From Blastocladiella emersonii ATCC 22665 (Eukaryota > Fungi > Blastocladiomycota), in contig JANHCV010000015.1 of the NCBI GenBank assembly GCA_025594325.1, forward strand, positions 434,001 to 498,000: a stretch of 64,000 nt of DNA, written 5' to 3'. The notes under the pieces are model-generated. The model saw only the letters and a program-made list of their open reading frames with translations. It did not search any database and had not been told where the DNA came from. Position numbers and translations under genes: made by a program. Shown here piece after piece: positions 10,501-22,854 of this stretch (the stretch's first letter is position 1; each line of letters begins with the position of its first letter).

Positions 10501-11305
10501 CTTCATATTCTTCACATCGAGAGTAGTGAAAGACATCGTGAGAATCAAACCCACCCATAAAGGTTTCCCGGCGCGACGACCGTGTCACTCATCCGCACGT
10601 GTTTGTCGTGATCGCGGTTCCTCTCGCCCGCCGAGCGGTCGCCCTCGTTCAACGCATGCCGTACTTGCCATTTCTAGTTGCATGCACGCGCGCGCATGAA
10701 ATAGAACCGCCATGATGAAGCGGTCCGCACGCGCGTTGGGGCACAGTCTCACAGCGGGAGGAACCTTTCCGGCGGCACCGGACACGCCGAAAAGTTCGCG
10801 AGGTCACGCGCGCTCCAGAAACCTCTTGCGCGCGTACCGCAATTTTCGGCGGAGATGAACGCGAGGAGAACTTGCACGAGGCGGTGGCGGGCAAGTGATG
10901 AGTCGCGCGCGGTTCCGCCTATCGCTCAACCTGGTGCCGCATCACCGACGCGTCGAGTTTCACCGCGAGCGAAATGCGGACCGACCATGCGCATAAAGCG
11001 GCGGTCGGCGCTAATTGCGACGTGCTGCCTTGGACCAGCTGACCATGCCGAGAGCGAAAAACGCGTGCTGGGCTCCGCAGACGGCATCCGAGGCCGCTTG
11101 AGGCAACCCGGGCACCGACCTCGAGGAACTCACTCCGGCGGTTCTTGGGGACGCAAGGAAGCGCTCGAGCCGAAAACGTTGAGGCGCTCGTGGAAGCGAA
11201 GGGGAGCGGGCGAGAGTATAAAAGCGGGCCTGTCCCCCGGTCCACCTTTGACTCTCCACCAACGAGACCCACCTCGCCACGTAATCAACACCTACACTAG
11301 ACAAG

Positions 11306-11612
11306 ATGCGCCCCGTCAAGACCTTCTTCGCCGTCGCCCTCGTCCTCGGCCTCGCCCTGACCGGCGTCGCCGCCGCCCCGTCCAAGGCCAACACGGAGGG
11401 TGCCTCGCTTGAGCGTAAGTCGACCCCCCCCCTTCATCTTTCCGATGTTTTCCACTAACCCTTGGCCTTCAAATCATGCAGGTACCGACTACCGGTGCTG
11501 GCTTAACTGCACGGCTGACTGCCGGGACCGTTGCGGCAGCAACAAGTCGTGCCGTACGTCGTGCTACCAGGACTGCGACACGATCTGCGACATGGGCCCC
11601 ATCAACCCCTAA
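11306..11612 (+). CDS. Small secreted Cys-rich peptide 3 (8 Cys); exons 11306-11414, 11482-11612
   Basis: MRPVKTFFAVALVLGLALTGVAAAPSKANTEGASLE; phase-1 intron gtaagt...ctaac...cag; RTDYRCWLNCTADCRDRCGSNKSCRTSCYQDCDTICDMGPINP*. TATAAAA at 11217. Confidence 0.9.
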
Positions 11613-13132
11613 GTCCAAGCGCGCTTCTCGCGTCGGGGATCACAGTCTAGGTCAAGAACAAGTGGAGAAGTGATGGGAGATTTTTTTGGAGAAGAGATTG
11701 GACATAAAGTGGCCTAGACTGCTGGAAATTGCTGGAATATGTTGGGATGTGCTGCGAACTGTTGGGAAGAGAGCGCATGGGCGTGGAAGCAGTAGCTGAG
11801 CGCTTTTTGCATGAGTTTGTAAGGTAAGCGCACGGAAGGCTAAGTGAAAGTGCTTGAGTTAGAGACTGTGGAAGCGGTCGAACGGAGCGTGTCCGCTCCG
11901 CCAGCAACCAATCGAGCAGCGCTGAACACGCTGTTGAGTCTGAGAAGCCCAAACGAGTTAACGTTAAAGTACGAGGGAAGTGTTGACAGCCCAGCTAGGT
12001 GTCTCGCCCTTCATCGCCCTCGTGAAGGTACTCGATTGAGACGGGCGCTCAGCGTCCGAACTGACTTGCGAGACGCGTTGCACCGCAATCGATCCTTTAT
12101 CTACGGACCGGAAATCCTACGAAACTCGCTCGTTAATGTTTTCCAGCGGTGGACTTTCAAGCTTCCTAGGGAATCCGGCGGCGGATGGTCCAGGCTCGAA
12201 AGTTCGGCGAGGAGCTCCAAGCGCGTTGACCACTAAGGTACCAATTTTCGAGCAGCAGAGTGACAGTGGAAGAGGCTCGGGCTGCCCATCGCTTAACGCG
12301 GACCAAGGCGACCTCACGATGGCAATTCGTGTTCCGCCGACCGGTATCTTGGACCGCTGGATTTCGCGACCTCGAAGTAACCCGCGCGAGGTCGAGGTCG
12401 AGGTCTACCCGCGCTAGCCCAGGTATCGTCGTGCGCGAGTCATGATACACAACATGAGCTTGTAACGGCCGTGATCCGGCCGTTGATTCACGGCCACGTG
12501 GCCGGCTCTCCTGGACGCGTCGCTCATCCCACGTGACCAAGCCCTGACCGCGTCGAGCAGTCGGTTGGCGCGACGCGTCCCCGCGCAAGGTTCCGTCGTT
12601 TAGGGCGAGCCTCTACCCACGCAAGTTTCTCGCCTCGCTGCTGCAGCGATGACCGGCGAGCAAAATATCCGCCACGATGAAACGGTCCGCGCGCGAGTTC
12701 ATGCAGGACCGCTGCCGCTGCGGTCGAGGACACTGGATGGGTGCATATCGTCGCGCGTGTCGAAACCAATGACGAGCTTGAAGCGCGCGAGGCGGACACA
12801 GCATCGCCGATGACGCGTCGGAGGTTCAATCAGCCGAGTCCGGTGGCGGCGACCAACTTGGAACCGCTGGGCGTCGCGGCCGCGTGCGTGATGCAGCGAG
12901 CTCATGCACGTATTAACTCGAAACGGAAGGCGAGGGCGAGGCCGACATCAACAAAACCGGTGCCGACGCAAAGGCTGCTCTATTCGCAGCAATGAAGGTC
13001 TGACCAGGTGAAGCACGAGAGCAAGGGAACTTGACGAGAGGAGCGGCGCGAAGTATAAAAGGGGCGCGGCCTCCGCTCCTCCCCTCGACGCCACACCAAC
13101 GACTTGTTCCTTCGACCCGCCTCCTCCTCACC

Positions 13133-13421
13133 ATGCGCGCTACCAAGACCATCTTCGCCTTTGCCGTCGCTCTCTGCCTCGCCGTCACCGGCGTCGCTGC
13201 TGCTGCCCCTGGCGCTGGCGGTGCTCAGAGTACGGGACCTCCAGTTGCTCGCGCCGCCGCAGATCGTCCGCTGACGTCCCAACGTCCTCCCTCCAACAGT
13301 CAAGGACCTCGGCTGCTGGCGCACGTGCAGCAGCCAGTGCAGCCGGAGCTGCGACACGCGCGACTGCCTCGCTGAGTGCTACGGCGACTGCTACGTCGCC
13401 TGCAACATCAAGCGGCCGTAA
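13133..13421 (+). CDS. Small secreted Cys-rich peptide 4 (8 Cys); exons 13133-13229, 13300-13421
   Basis: MRATKTIFAFAVALCLAVTGVAAAAPGAGGAQ; phase-1 intron gtacgg...ctgac...cag; IKDLGCWRTCSSQCSRSCDTRDCLAECYGDCYVACNIKRP*. TATAAAA at 13054. Confidence 0.9.
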
Positions 13422-14082
13422 GTTGCCAGCGTCGTCAAGAACGTCTCGGGATTATGGAGTTGTCTGGAGTTGCGATGATGATATATGGGTCCCGATTTCT
13501 AAACTCGCACAGCAGAGAGAGAGGGAACGTTGAACCGTGTTGCTTACATGCACGTGACTGCGACTTGACCGCGTTGAGCGGACTGACGGCGGAGCAGACG
13601 TCACCCTCGTGCGAGCTTGGTGCAGCTGCGGCCGGGCGCACTGGATGAGTGCATATCCTTCGCGGGCGGGCGGGCAGAGGTCGATGGCGGCGCGTCGGGC
13701 AAACGGAGCGCGCGGGCGTGAGCACAGCATCGCCGATGGCGCGTCCGAGGTTCGTCCGCCAGGTCCAGTGGTAGCGACGGCGACCAAGTTTAGATTGGAC
13801 CGCAGCGCGTGCGTGCGTGAGAGAGTTCATGCACGGCGACGCGGCGGCGAGTCAGACTTTGTCCTCAACCCGGAAAGCGAGGTGGAGGTCGAGGTCGAGG
13901 TCGCTTTGCGCCGGACCGGTGCTGCGAAGGCAAACCTGCTGGTTTCGACGCGATGAGCGTTGGGCCGAGCGGCGCGAGGGCAGCAGGAACGAGTGGAGGA
14001 GTATAAAGGCGGGCCGACCCCCGCATCCCCCTCTTGGTACAGCAACGTCGAATCATTCGTTTCCTCGAGCCAAACCCTCACC

Positions 14083-14389
14083 ATGCGCGCCATCAAGACC
14101 CTCTTCGTTTTCGCCGTCGCCCTCTGCCTCGCCGTGACCGGCGTCGCTGCTGCTGCTGCCCCTGGCGCTGGCGGTGCCAAGGGTACGTGGGGGTCCTCTC
14201 ATCGATTCGCTCGCGCGCGCTCTTCATGGACCGCGTGCTAACGGACGGCGGCCGCGTTCCACTCGGACAACAGTCCAGAACCTCGAGTGCTTCCGGCGAT
14301 GCACCAACGACTGCGCCAGCGGCTGCAACAACGCGCGCGACTGCCTCGCCCGGTGCTACGACTACTGCTACGCCGAGTGCCGCATCTAG
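14083..14389 (+). CDS. Small secreted Cys-rich peptide 5 (8 Cys); exons 14083-14182, 14274-14389
   Basis: MRAIKTLFVFAVALCLAVTGVAAAAAPGAGGAK; phase-1 intron gtacgt...ctaac...cag; VQNLECFRRCTNDCASGCNNARDCLARCYDYCYAECRI*. TATAAA at 14002. Confidence 0.9.
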
Positions 14390-14584
14390 AAGCAGCAGCG
14401 GGTGAGCTCTCCAGGACGGCTCGGGACCAGCCGGGAGCAGTTTGGTGTTGAGATGATGACGATACATTGGCCCCGATATCTATACTCAAAAAAACAGCTG
14501 GGAGAGGAGTGCAAGAGCGCGTCGCTCACCCGCACGTGGCCTTGATTTTGACAGTTGATCATATATTCGCGACCGACTCGTCTC

Positions 14585-15834
14585 TCACATCCGCACGCGC
14601 TTGACCTTACTGTTCCGCTCCTTGCGCTCGCGCTTCTCGTCCGCGCGGCGCTGCTCCTCGGGCGACAACGTCCGCTTAGGCGCCGCCGCCGCAATCTCCC
14701 GCCGCGCGGCCTCGGCGTGCTTGGCGTCCTCCTCCTCGCGGCGGCGGCGCATCCGGATGCGCGCGTCGGGCCGGAGCTCGACCTGGGTGAGGTGGTCGAT
14801 GAGCCAGCACACGAACTGGGTGAAGGCAACGTGCACGGCCCACGCGTCGTCGCCGTGCGGGCGCAGCAGGTCGCGCGAGTCGAGGCGCAGGCGGTACGTC
14901 AGGGAGAGGACCTTGCGGTAGCGCGGGAGGGCGCCGGGTTCGGCGGCGGTATCGTCGTCCTCGACCTCGACGAGGCGCACGCGGTCCGAGACGACCAGTG
15001 ACTCGAGGCGGCGCAGGACCGCCGGGTTCGACAGGAACCGGTGCACGCGCGGGTCGCTCGCGAAGAAGGCAGGGATCGCGTCCGGGTGCTCGGCGTACAC
15101 GGTGAACAGGTCCGCGGGGAGGTACGAGTTGGGCATCGAGGTCGTGTACGTCGTCTACGAGCGATGGAGAGTAAGCGCGGGGTTGCGTGTCAACGCGATA
15201 GTGAGTGGGACGCCGTACCAGATCCTCGCGCTTGCTCATGGCGGCGGGCGCCGTTTTGTGCAGGATAGCGAGGACAAAGTTCTCGGACACGGACGGGTCG
15301 AGGTACACGTCGAACCGCACGCGGTCGTAGTTGACGACGAGAAAGTCCTGCACCACGGCGAACAGGTCCTGGCGGTTGCGGAGCTACACCCAGTGACAGC
15401 GTCAGCCCGCTCCACCACACACACACCGTCCGCGCGTACTGTGATCCGCCCGACGAGCTTCTCACACTTGACGCGTCCCGATCCGTAGACGAGGTAGTCG
15501 GCGGGCCCGTCGCGCAGGAGGCTGCCGTGGCCCTCGCCGACAAACGCAAAGTTGCGGTCGAGCTCGGGCCGGATCTCGGCGTACCACCGGTCGGCGATCC
15601 GCCGGTTGCGCGCGCGGCCCAGCGCGTACACGACGCCGTACAGGACGAACACGGCGGCGACGGTCACCTCTAGGCTGATGGGCAGCCAGTACGCCGCGGC
15701 ATCTGAAGGGGAAAACGGCGGGGGTCAGTTGAGAGGGCGGGCGCACAGGGGGACGCGGCACGGCGCCGTAGGCGTAGTGTACCGGGGCCGATCACGCTCG
15801 CGATAAAGTCGGGCAGCGGGTCGGGGAGCAGCAT
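14585..15834 (-). CDS. CCDC47: CCDC47/DUF1682 family ER membrane protein (PAT complex subunit-like), about 4 exons
   Basis: TM segment followed by GRARNRRIADRW, LLRDGPADYLVYGSGR, LQPRQDLF, and a charged C-terminal coiled coil ending EEQRRADEKRERKERNSKVKRVRM. Pieces are joined by canonical introns. Confidence 0.75.
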
Positions 15835-16015
15835 GGCCAAGGCACCAAGTTATTGCATGTGAGTTCCGTGGGTGGGTGTGGCACAGCGCGGGTTGGGCAG
15901 ACGTGCGAGAAGGGGAACGCCGACGCGTCGCGCGTGCCACACTCGCCGAGCCTCGCCTCCGCGTCCCCTCTGATGCTCGTAGTACTGTATACATGTATGC
16001 CCTCCTCCTCCTCGC

Positions 16016-18741
16016 TCAAAACTCGCGCTTCGCAATCAACTCCCGCGCCTCGGCCTCCGTGATCCCATCGAGCACGCCCGCCACCGCGGCCTCGGCCTGG
16101 TCGGGCGTGAACGCCGCGAGGAGCTGGACGAGGTCGTGCACCCTGCGGTGGCCGGGGCAGTGCTTGGCGACGACGCCCGAGACCGCGCGGGGCGCGTTGA
16201 GTGCCGGTGGTGGCGGGAGCGGCGCCGCCGCGGCAGCTGCGCCCTTGCCGCCGAGCTGGAACAGCGCGTTCATGTCCAGCGACTGGTCGAGCAGGTACCG
16301 CAGCGCGTGGGCGGCGGGCGCCGAGATGGCCGGGAGCGCGAGGACGGCGGTCGCGATGAGGTCGTAGTAGTGCGACAGCAGCCGGCCTAGGGTGTGCAGG
16401 TACAGCGCGTCGGGGAGGCAGCCCTACACGGCGACGAAGTGGCGGCGCGGGTGAGTGAGGATGGTCTCGAGTGAGCGGCGTGGAGGAAACCGTACTCGCC
16501 ACGCCTCCTCGAGCTCCTCGAACAGGTGCCGCGCGTCGAGGAACGCGGCCTGGACCGTCTGGAACGCCGCGTCCTGGTCCACCTCGCCGAGCACCAGCAG
16601 CGCCTCGGCGACGAGCTTCTCGATGTTCTTGATCTGCGCCGCCTACCGTCCCGAATCAAGTGTCAGCCCAACCCACACCCTCCACCACCACGACACGTAC
16701 CACAATCCCATCAAACGTGCGCGTCCCATACTTGCGCAGCGGCGGGATCAGATCCGCGAGCGGCGCGACCGCGCGCTGGCTGTCCTCTGGCAGCGCGGCC
16801 GCGAGCGAGCGCGGGACCGCGAGCAGGTGGTGCACGAGGTACTCGGTGTCGTTGCGGAACAGCGCCGCGGCGCGCGGCGACGTGCGCAGGGCGCGGTCAA
16901 GGAGCGGCGGGACCACGGCGAGCCACAGGAACACGAGGTCGCGCACCGCGTCGAGCGCGCCGAACGCCGTGGTCTCGGTCCACTCGACGGAGTCAGCGCC
17001 GCGGTGAAGTACCTGCGCCAGCATGTCGACCAGGCTCTGCGTCTGCTCCGTCACCAGGTACGCCGGCGGGTCGAGGAGCGAGGACGCGAGGGTGCGGTCC
17101 TGCAGGCCGTACAGGACGTCGGTGCCGCCGCCCTTGCCACCCTTCTTTCCGCCTGCCGCGTCACCCTTGCCCTTGCCGCCCTCCATGGACGGCAGATCCG
17201 GGTTCGGCGTCGCGCGCGCGACATTGCGCTCGCGGCGGCGGAGGATCTGGAGCGCGGGCTCGAGCAGCGCGGCGCGCCGCTTACGGATCCGCGTCGCGGC
17301 GAGGGTCGGGAGAAAGTCGAGCAGCTCATCGGCGGCCGCCGGCGTGAGCAGGCCCGTCGCGCGCATCGTTTCCGTGAACCCGGTCAGCTGCGTGTGCAGC
17401 TTCTCGGCGAAGACGGCGAGCTCCTCGGTGTCGGGCGAGTCCGGGACGTGCGGGAGGAGGACCCGGTCGACGACGAGCGGGACGACGCGCTTGGTCCACG
17501 TCTCGCACAGGGACTCGCGGAGCCCCGCGTGGTCCCCCGCAAACCCCGCGACGAGGTGGGTGCTGAAGAAGGCGGTGATGCGCGCGAGGTGGTCGAGGGC
17601 GGCGATCCACGGCGGGTCGGCGCGTGCCGACTCGGGCGTGACGGCGGTGAACGACAGGACGTGCGCGATGGCCGCGTCGGGCTCGACGGCCACGGTCGTG
17701 TCGGCGTGCTCGAACGGCTTGCCGCCGAGGAGCACGGGCTCGACGAGCGTCGCGAACACGCGGTCGGCGAGCTCCGCGACGTGTGACTCGAGCAGGCCCA
17801 GGGTCGCGAGCGAATAGACGATGGTGCTGGTGGCGACGAACGGCGGCTGGTCGAACAGCGAGGTGCCCGGCGGCGCGGACCGGCTGAGCGCGAGCATCTC
17901 CGTGTCCTTGGTCACGAGCGGGGCGATCTGGACCGAGTGGACCAGCGGCATCAGGCGGTTCGGCTGCGCGGACGTGATGGTTACGACGCGATCGAACATG
18001 TCCTCCAGGTACGACTTGAGCTTGCCCAGCGTCATGTTGTGGTTGTACCGCAGCAGCGCGAGCGTGTGCGGTTCGAGGCCGTGCAGCTTGGTCGTGTCGT
18101 CGAGGAACTTGAGGCGGTCGGCCTGGAGCGGGTTCGGTCAGCGGGGTACACCGAGCGCGTCGCGTAGAAAGAAAACCGTACGCTTTCCGAAAGAATGTCG
18201 GCGCACATGGCGACATCCTCGCCCTCGGCGCCCTCCATGGCGTCCTCGAGGCGGAGCGCGGCCTGCAGGCCGTCAAAGGCGGCGCCGAGGGCCGTGTACA
18301 CCTTGACAAGCCGGTCGACGTGCGCGGCCGACTCGGGGTCGCGTTCGGCGATTGCCACGAGCAGGTCCAGCCCCGCCTTGATCGATTCGTCGCAGGACGG
18401 CATCGGCGCAAACGCCAGCATCGTCGGCAGCGTCGACAGGTCGAGCCAGGAGACCATCGCGCCGTCGATCTCTCGCTACGCATGCATGTGAGTCAGACCC
18501 GCCATCACTCGTTGGGGATCGCAGTCGGTCGGTCGGAACGCACCCGCAGGACAACCACGTCGTTCTCGAGCTTCTTGAAGCACTGCCGCGGCGTCTGGTG
18601 CGCAAACGGATCGGCCGGCTCTTGCTCCCCTGCCGCTGCCGCCGCAAGCCGCGCGCTGCGGGACGGCGTGCCCGTCGGGGTCCCGGCCGCGGTGGCGGCG
18701 CTGGGCGAGAACGGACCAAAACTGGGCGATAGCGGGTTCAT
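16016..18741 (-). CDS. ZW10: ZW10/Dsl1-like kinetochore and ER tethering protein, multi-exon
   Basis: Long helical protein across ORFs 18505-18741, 18032-18457, 16656-18035 and 16016-16273. C-terminal AALFRNDTEYLVHHLL and FTPDQ motifs resemble the ZW10 C-terminal domain. Confidence 0.7.
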
Positions 18742-19037
18742 GTTCGAGTGCGTTGCATCAAGTCCGTGGCGAGTGGTCGCATCGGCAGGCGAGCGTTGGG
18801 TGGTCGCGAGGGGAAGCCGGCGCGCTGCGCTGAGCGGTTGCTCGTCAACCCGATGCCCGCAACTATCTTTTGATCCCCTCTCTCCCCGCCCTCTACCCGT
18901 GCACTAGACATGCAACTGAAGATGGAACCCATGAAACTAACAACAACTGTCCCGCGCGTCAGTCCTGCCGAGCGACGTGCAGCGCCACGTCGCGTTGTTT
19001 CCCGAGATCCACGAGGCCGCCGCCCTTCGCGCAACTT

Positions 19038-19195
19038 CATCGCCGAAACGGTCCTGGCGACGCGAGGGCTGACGCCAGACCCCTGACGCCAGGTCGGCGG
19101 CGGTCCCAGCCAAACTCGCGTCGGGGCTGGCGTCAGCCTCGACCGGACCTGACGCCAGGTCTGACGCGTGGGGGTCTGGTTCGCGACGCGAGAGT
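19038..19195. repeat. Left TIR and subterminal repeat array (CTGACGCCAG in both orientations)
   Basis: About 5 motif copies; gacctgacgccaggtctgacgcgtggg...tcgcgacgcga is the inverted counterpart of 22945-22985. Confidence 0.8.
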
Positions 19196-19514
19196 CCGGG
19201 CTCCCCGCCATGTATACCCCGACCACGAACCATGAATCTTATTCTTCTCCAACTTGATGCAACTTGTTTATGAGCTACTACGAGGGACTTTGACGCGGCG
19301 AAGAGAGGTTTTGCGATCCAACTCGTCGTCGGACCTCGAGGAAGGGTCGTTCGCGGGCGCAAAACACGCCAAGTCACCGCCGCGGTAGTTGAGAGAACGA
19401 GGGCATGTATTTCAACCAGCGGCGCACGCCACGCGCCGCAGCTCGTTCTCGTTGCTAGTTCTGCAAGGGACGGCGCTCGCGACGCGCCGCCGCCGCGGGC
19501 CCCGATCGGGTCCC

Positions 19515-21000
19515 CTACACCACCACCTCGAGCAGGTCGCGCTCCCACAGGTACGCCATGAGCGCGGCCGACCCCGCGCAGTCGAACGGGTTGAGCAGCC
19601 ACTCCCGGTACTCGCTGTCGAGCTTGAAGTTGGCTGCGCCTGCGGTCGTCGGCGCCGCGGGCCGATCGTAGTTGGGCACGACGTGAACATAGGTCTGGAA
19701 GGCCGCCACGTCCGGCATGGTAGCGGCCGAGACCCATCCCCGGCACCGCGGGATGCAGGGCAAGGACCTGTACTGGGATGTTCTTGTACTTTTTGCCGCC
19801 GCCCGGCGCGTCGTCCTGGACGCGGAACTGCTCGACGATGGCCACGTCGTGCTCGGTGCCGTTGTGCGTGAAGTGCAGCGCGGCGGCCGGCTTCCCGACG
19901 CGGTACTTCTTGTCCGACGTGAGATACTACCGTACGCGAGATAATAGCAGATGTGAGCGACCGAACGATTCGGGTATGAGCACAGCCAGCAGCGTACCAT
20001 GACCCAGTCCGCGTGCGTCTTGCCGCGGGTCGGGAACTGGCACTTGCCCGTGAGCTGCTCGCTGCGGAACCCGCCGAGTGAGAAGGCCTCGAACGAGATT
20101 GCCTTGGACATGAGGAACTACACGCATCGCGAGCCGGGGAGCGTCAGTTCCTCGTCAATTTGATGCAGATCGCGCGCGCACGCGGGTACCTTGCCGGCGT
20201 CGGGGCCCAGCAACAGATCGTCGGCCGCGCGCTGTGCCGAGAGTCCAGCGTCCTCTGCCAAGTAACCATGGAGGATCTGGGCGAGGAACGGAATCCGTGT
20301 CGAGAGCCGGTCCACGCTCGAGCTCGCGGTCGTGCCGAACGAGAAGTGTACCTCGCGCCCGGGATCAAACTTGATGCGGTCAGACGTTGTCGCCTTGAGC
20401 GTGGTCAGGCGCACGTCGGCCAGGTACTTGAAGACCTCGTCCATGCCCTCGTATTCCTGTGATGCGATAGTGACGACGCGAGCGTTAGTGATGCTCCACG
20501 GCGCGCGAGAGTCAGCGATTCTGTATCGCGGGGTCCCTCACGAGCGCGCGCGCACGATCGCCTGCAGGGCCACGCACGAGGCCGCGCGCGAAAAAAGCTG
20601 CTCGGTCGAGGTCGCCGTGTGGTTTGTGAACTTGGCCACGAGTTTGGCGTTGAACTTGTGCAAGCGCTCCCTCGCCTCGGTCGACAGGTTCGTGGTGGGG
20701 CCGAAGCGCTTGATGAACTCGCCATGCTCGTTCAGGAAGTGATTCTTGGGCGCGCGTAGTTGTTGAAGCGCGCGCTTGCACACACGTGCCGAGCGGCCTG
20801 GTCGAACCGGCCGAGGGCCAGTTCGGCGTACTCGAGCGACCGGTCACTCGGCGCTGATCCGCGGAGCAGAGTGCATTGGAGCTCATCGAGCGTGAGAACT
20901 TTGAACTTGACGAGTTCCGACGGCGAGATTGGGGCAGTGTGAGCGCAAACACACAGATTTGACAGCGCCAGGCATAGCAAGAGGTAGAGCTCGACATTTC
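19515..21000 (-). pseudogene. Frameshifted C-terminal fragment of a CACTA/Plavaka-type transposase
   Basis: PKNHFLNEHGEFIKRFGPTTNLSTEARERLHK matches the PKxHxxxHxxxxIxxFGPxxxxSTExxExxH signature. Downstream DWVMV...GKPAAALHFTHNG...VAIVEQF fits the C-terminal region. No N-terminal/catalytic half recognised. Confidence 0.7.
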
Positions 21001-21639
21001 AGGTCGGTTGCATAGAGTCGCAAGATGGGTTTGCATGGTGCGTCGAGCGGTGAGGGAGGCGAAGGACGCGAAGGTCACGCCACGTGATGCTTTCGTCCGC
21101 CGCCGATCCTTCTTCAGCGCGCGCGTTCGGCGCGGATGGCTGCCGCTCCCGCCGACCCGCCAAGTCCCCGCCCGACCCCTCTATCACCATGCATTCGACG
21201 CACCCATCCCCTCCCCATCGCATGCAGCCCTGCCCGTACGTTGCCCACACCGCGCCGGCCAACGCGGCGCCCGCGTCGTGAGGCAGCCTTCGCCGCGTCG
21301 CTCGCCGGGTCCGAGTCGTGTCCGCGGCCTCCACGCTCGCCTAAGACGACGAAGTGACCCCCGAGACGTGCTCGGTCCAACCAAGGAGACGTACGTCGCC
21401 GCAGCGGTGCATCCGCGTCGTGCTGAGTCGCCGCGAGCGCGCGTTTTCCGTCGAGTCATCCGCCCCACTTCCTCCCCCTCCCCTCGACACTCTTCGCCCT
21501 CACGACGCACGGCACCGCTGCCGATTGACCCATGTGTCGAATTGGCTCGGTGCCGTCCGTCATCGCCCCCTTATCACTCGCCGCCTTGACATGTCGTTCG
21601 AACCACGCTGACCCGTCTCCTTCGTCACCTCACTCGTCC

Positions 21640-22671
21640 AGATCTCCGCCCACCAAGCGCTCGTGCTAGCCCGCGCCAAGCGCGTCTCGTTTGACACGAT
21701 CGGCCGTCTCGGTGACGCGTCCAAGGTCAGGCGCTCGACGCGACCGACATGTTCGACAAGGGCCCCGCCAAGCGAGTTCACGGCCGAGTTCGACAAGGTG
21801 TGCGCGTGTGTCGCCGCGGCTACGACGTGACCCGCTTTCTGACGCGTCCTCGGCCGTGTAGCAACCGCGTTCCTCGCCGACGTGATCAAGGCCGGCAAGC
21901 TGCTCCGCGACGCGGTACGCTTTCTCACTTGCTGCGGGTGTCGGCACTCGTGGGCGCCGTCGTCTGCGTGCCCAAGGCTTTGGCGAGGCCAAGCTCGACT
22001 CGATCACCGGCTGCACTGCCATGGTCACCAAGGACGCGTCCGCGACGGCCGTCAAGACCTCGGGCAACGTCAACCACGGCCCCGACCATGGCCATCGACT
22101 TCCTCGCACCCGCCAAGGTGTTCGAGGTCAAGTACAGCGAGATCCAGGTTATGCTCGATCACGGTGCGTTCTCGACCTGGTCCGCGGCCTAGGATGCGCG
22201 CTTCGAGCCCCTCGCTAACACGCACGTACGCGCCTCACTGCAGATCAAGCGGCAGCTTGCTGGCGCCAACATCGACAAGACCAAGGTCCTCGACTCGCTG
22301 CAGTGCAAGGACAAGTCGCCCTCGGCTACGAGGACCACGCGGTACGTCTCGCGCGCACCGCCCCCCTCTCTCTCTCCGCGTCGCTGACCTTGCGCCCCTC
22401 CGCACCAGGGCAACGACACTCGGCGGCGCAGAAGTCCAAGCCCGACTCGCTGCGACGGTCAGTGACCGTGGCCATCGCCGACGCCAAGTGCGAGATTGCG
22501 TCACTCAAGGAGATCAAGGGCGCCAGCCTCCGCGCGGCCATCAAGCGCACCCGCTCAGCCCGATCAAGATCGACTGCCACGTCGAAGGTGGGCGGGCGGC
22601 CACGGGTCGGCGGCATCGAGACCGGGCTCAAGCACTCGTTCCCGCGCATCAAGGAGTGGCGGCGGCAGTAG
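21640..22671 (+). pseudogene. Degenerate multi-exon ORF inside the transposon (second element gene or captured host fragment)
   Basis: Codon-biased blocks (ISAHQALVLARAKRVSFDTIG; TAFLADVIKAGKLLRDA; MAIDFLAPAKVFEVKYSEIQVMLD; IKRQLAGANIDKTKVLDSLQ) separated by gtacgc/gtgcgt...cag intron-like segments, with frameshifts. Family not recognised. Confidence 0.4.
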
Positions 22672-22854
22672 TGGTCGCGGACGAGCTCGGGCCGCGAGCG
22701 CCGGGTGGGCGCGGTGGCGGCCGCGAGCAGCGGCGTATCATGATTAATTCAGAGCTATTATTCGAATCGGTCTATCGGAATGCCTATCAGGGTGAGCACG
22801 TGAGCAATCCGGAAGCGTGGCGCGAACCAGGCACCGACCCTCGCATCAACCGTT

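Noticed and set aside
18902-18906. CACTA pentamer upstream of the transposon as a possible true terminus
   Set aside because: No matching TAGTG at the right end. TSD, TIR and host-gene restoration all place the boundary at 19038.
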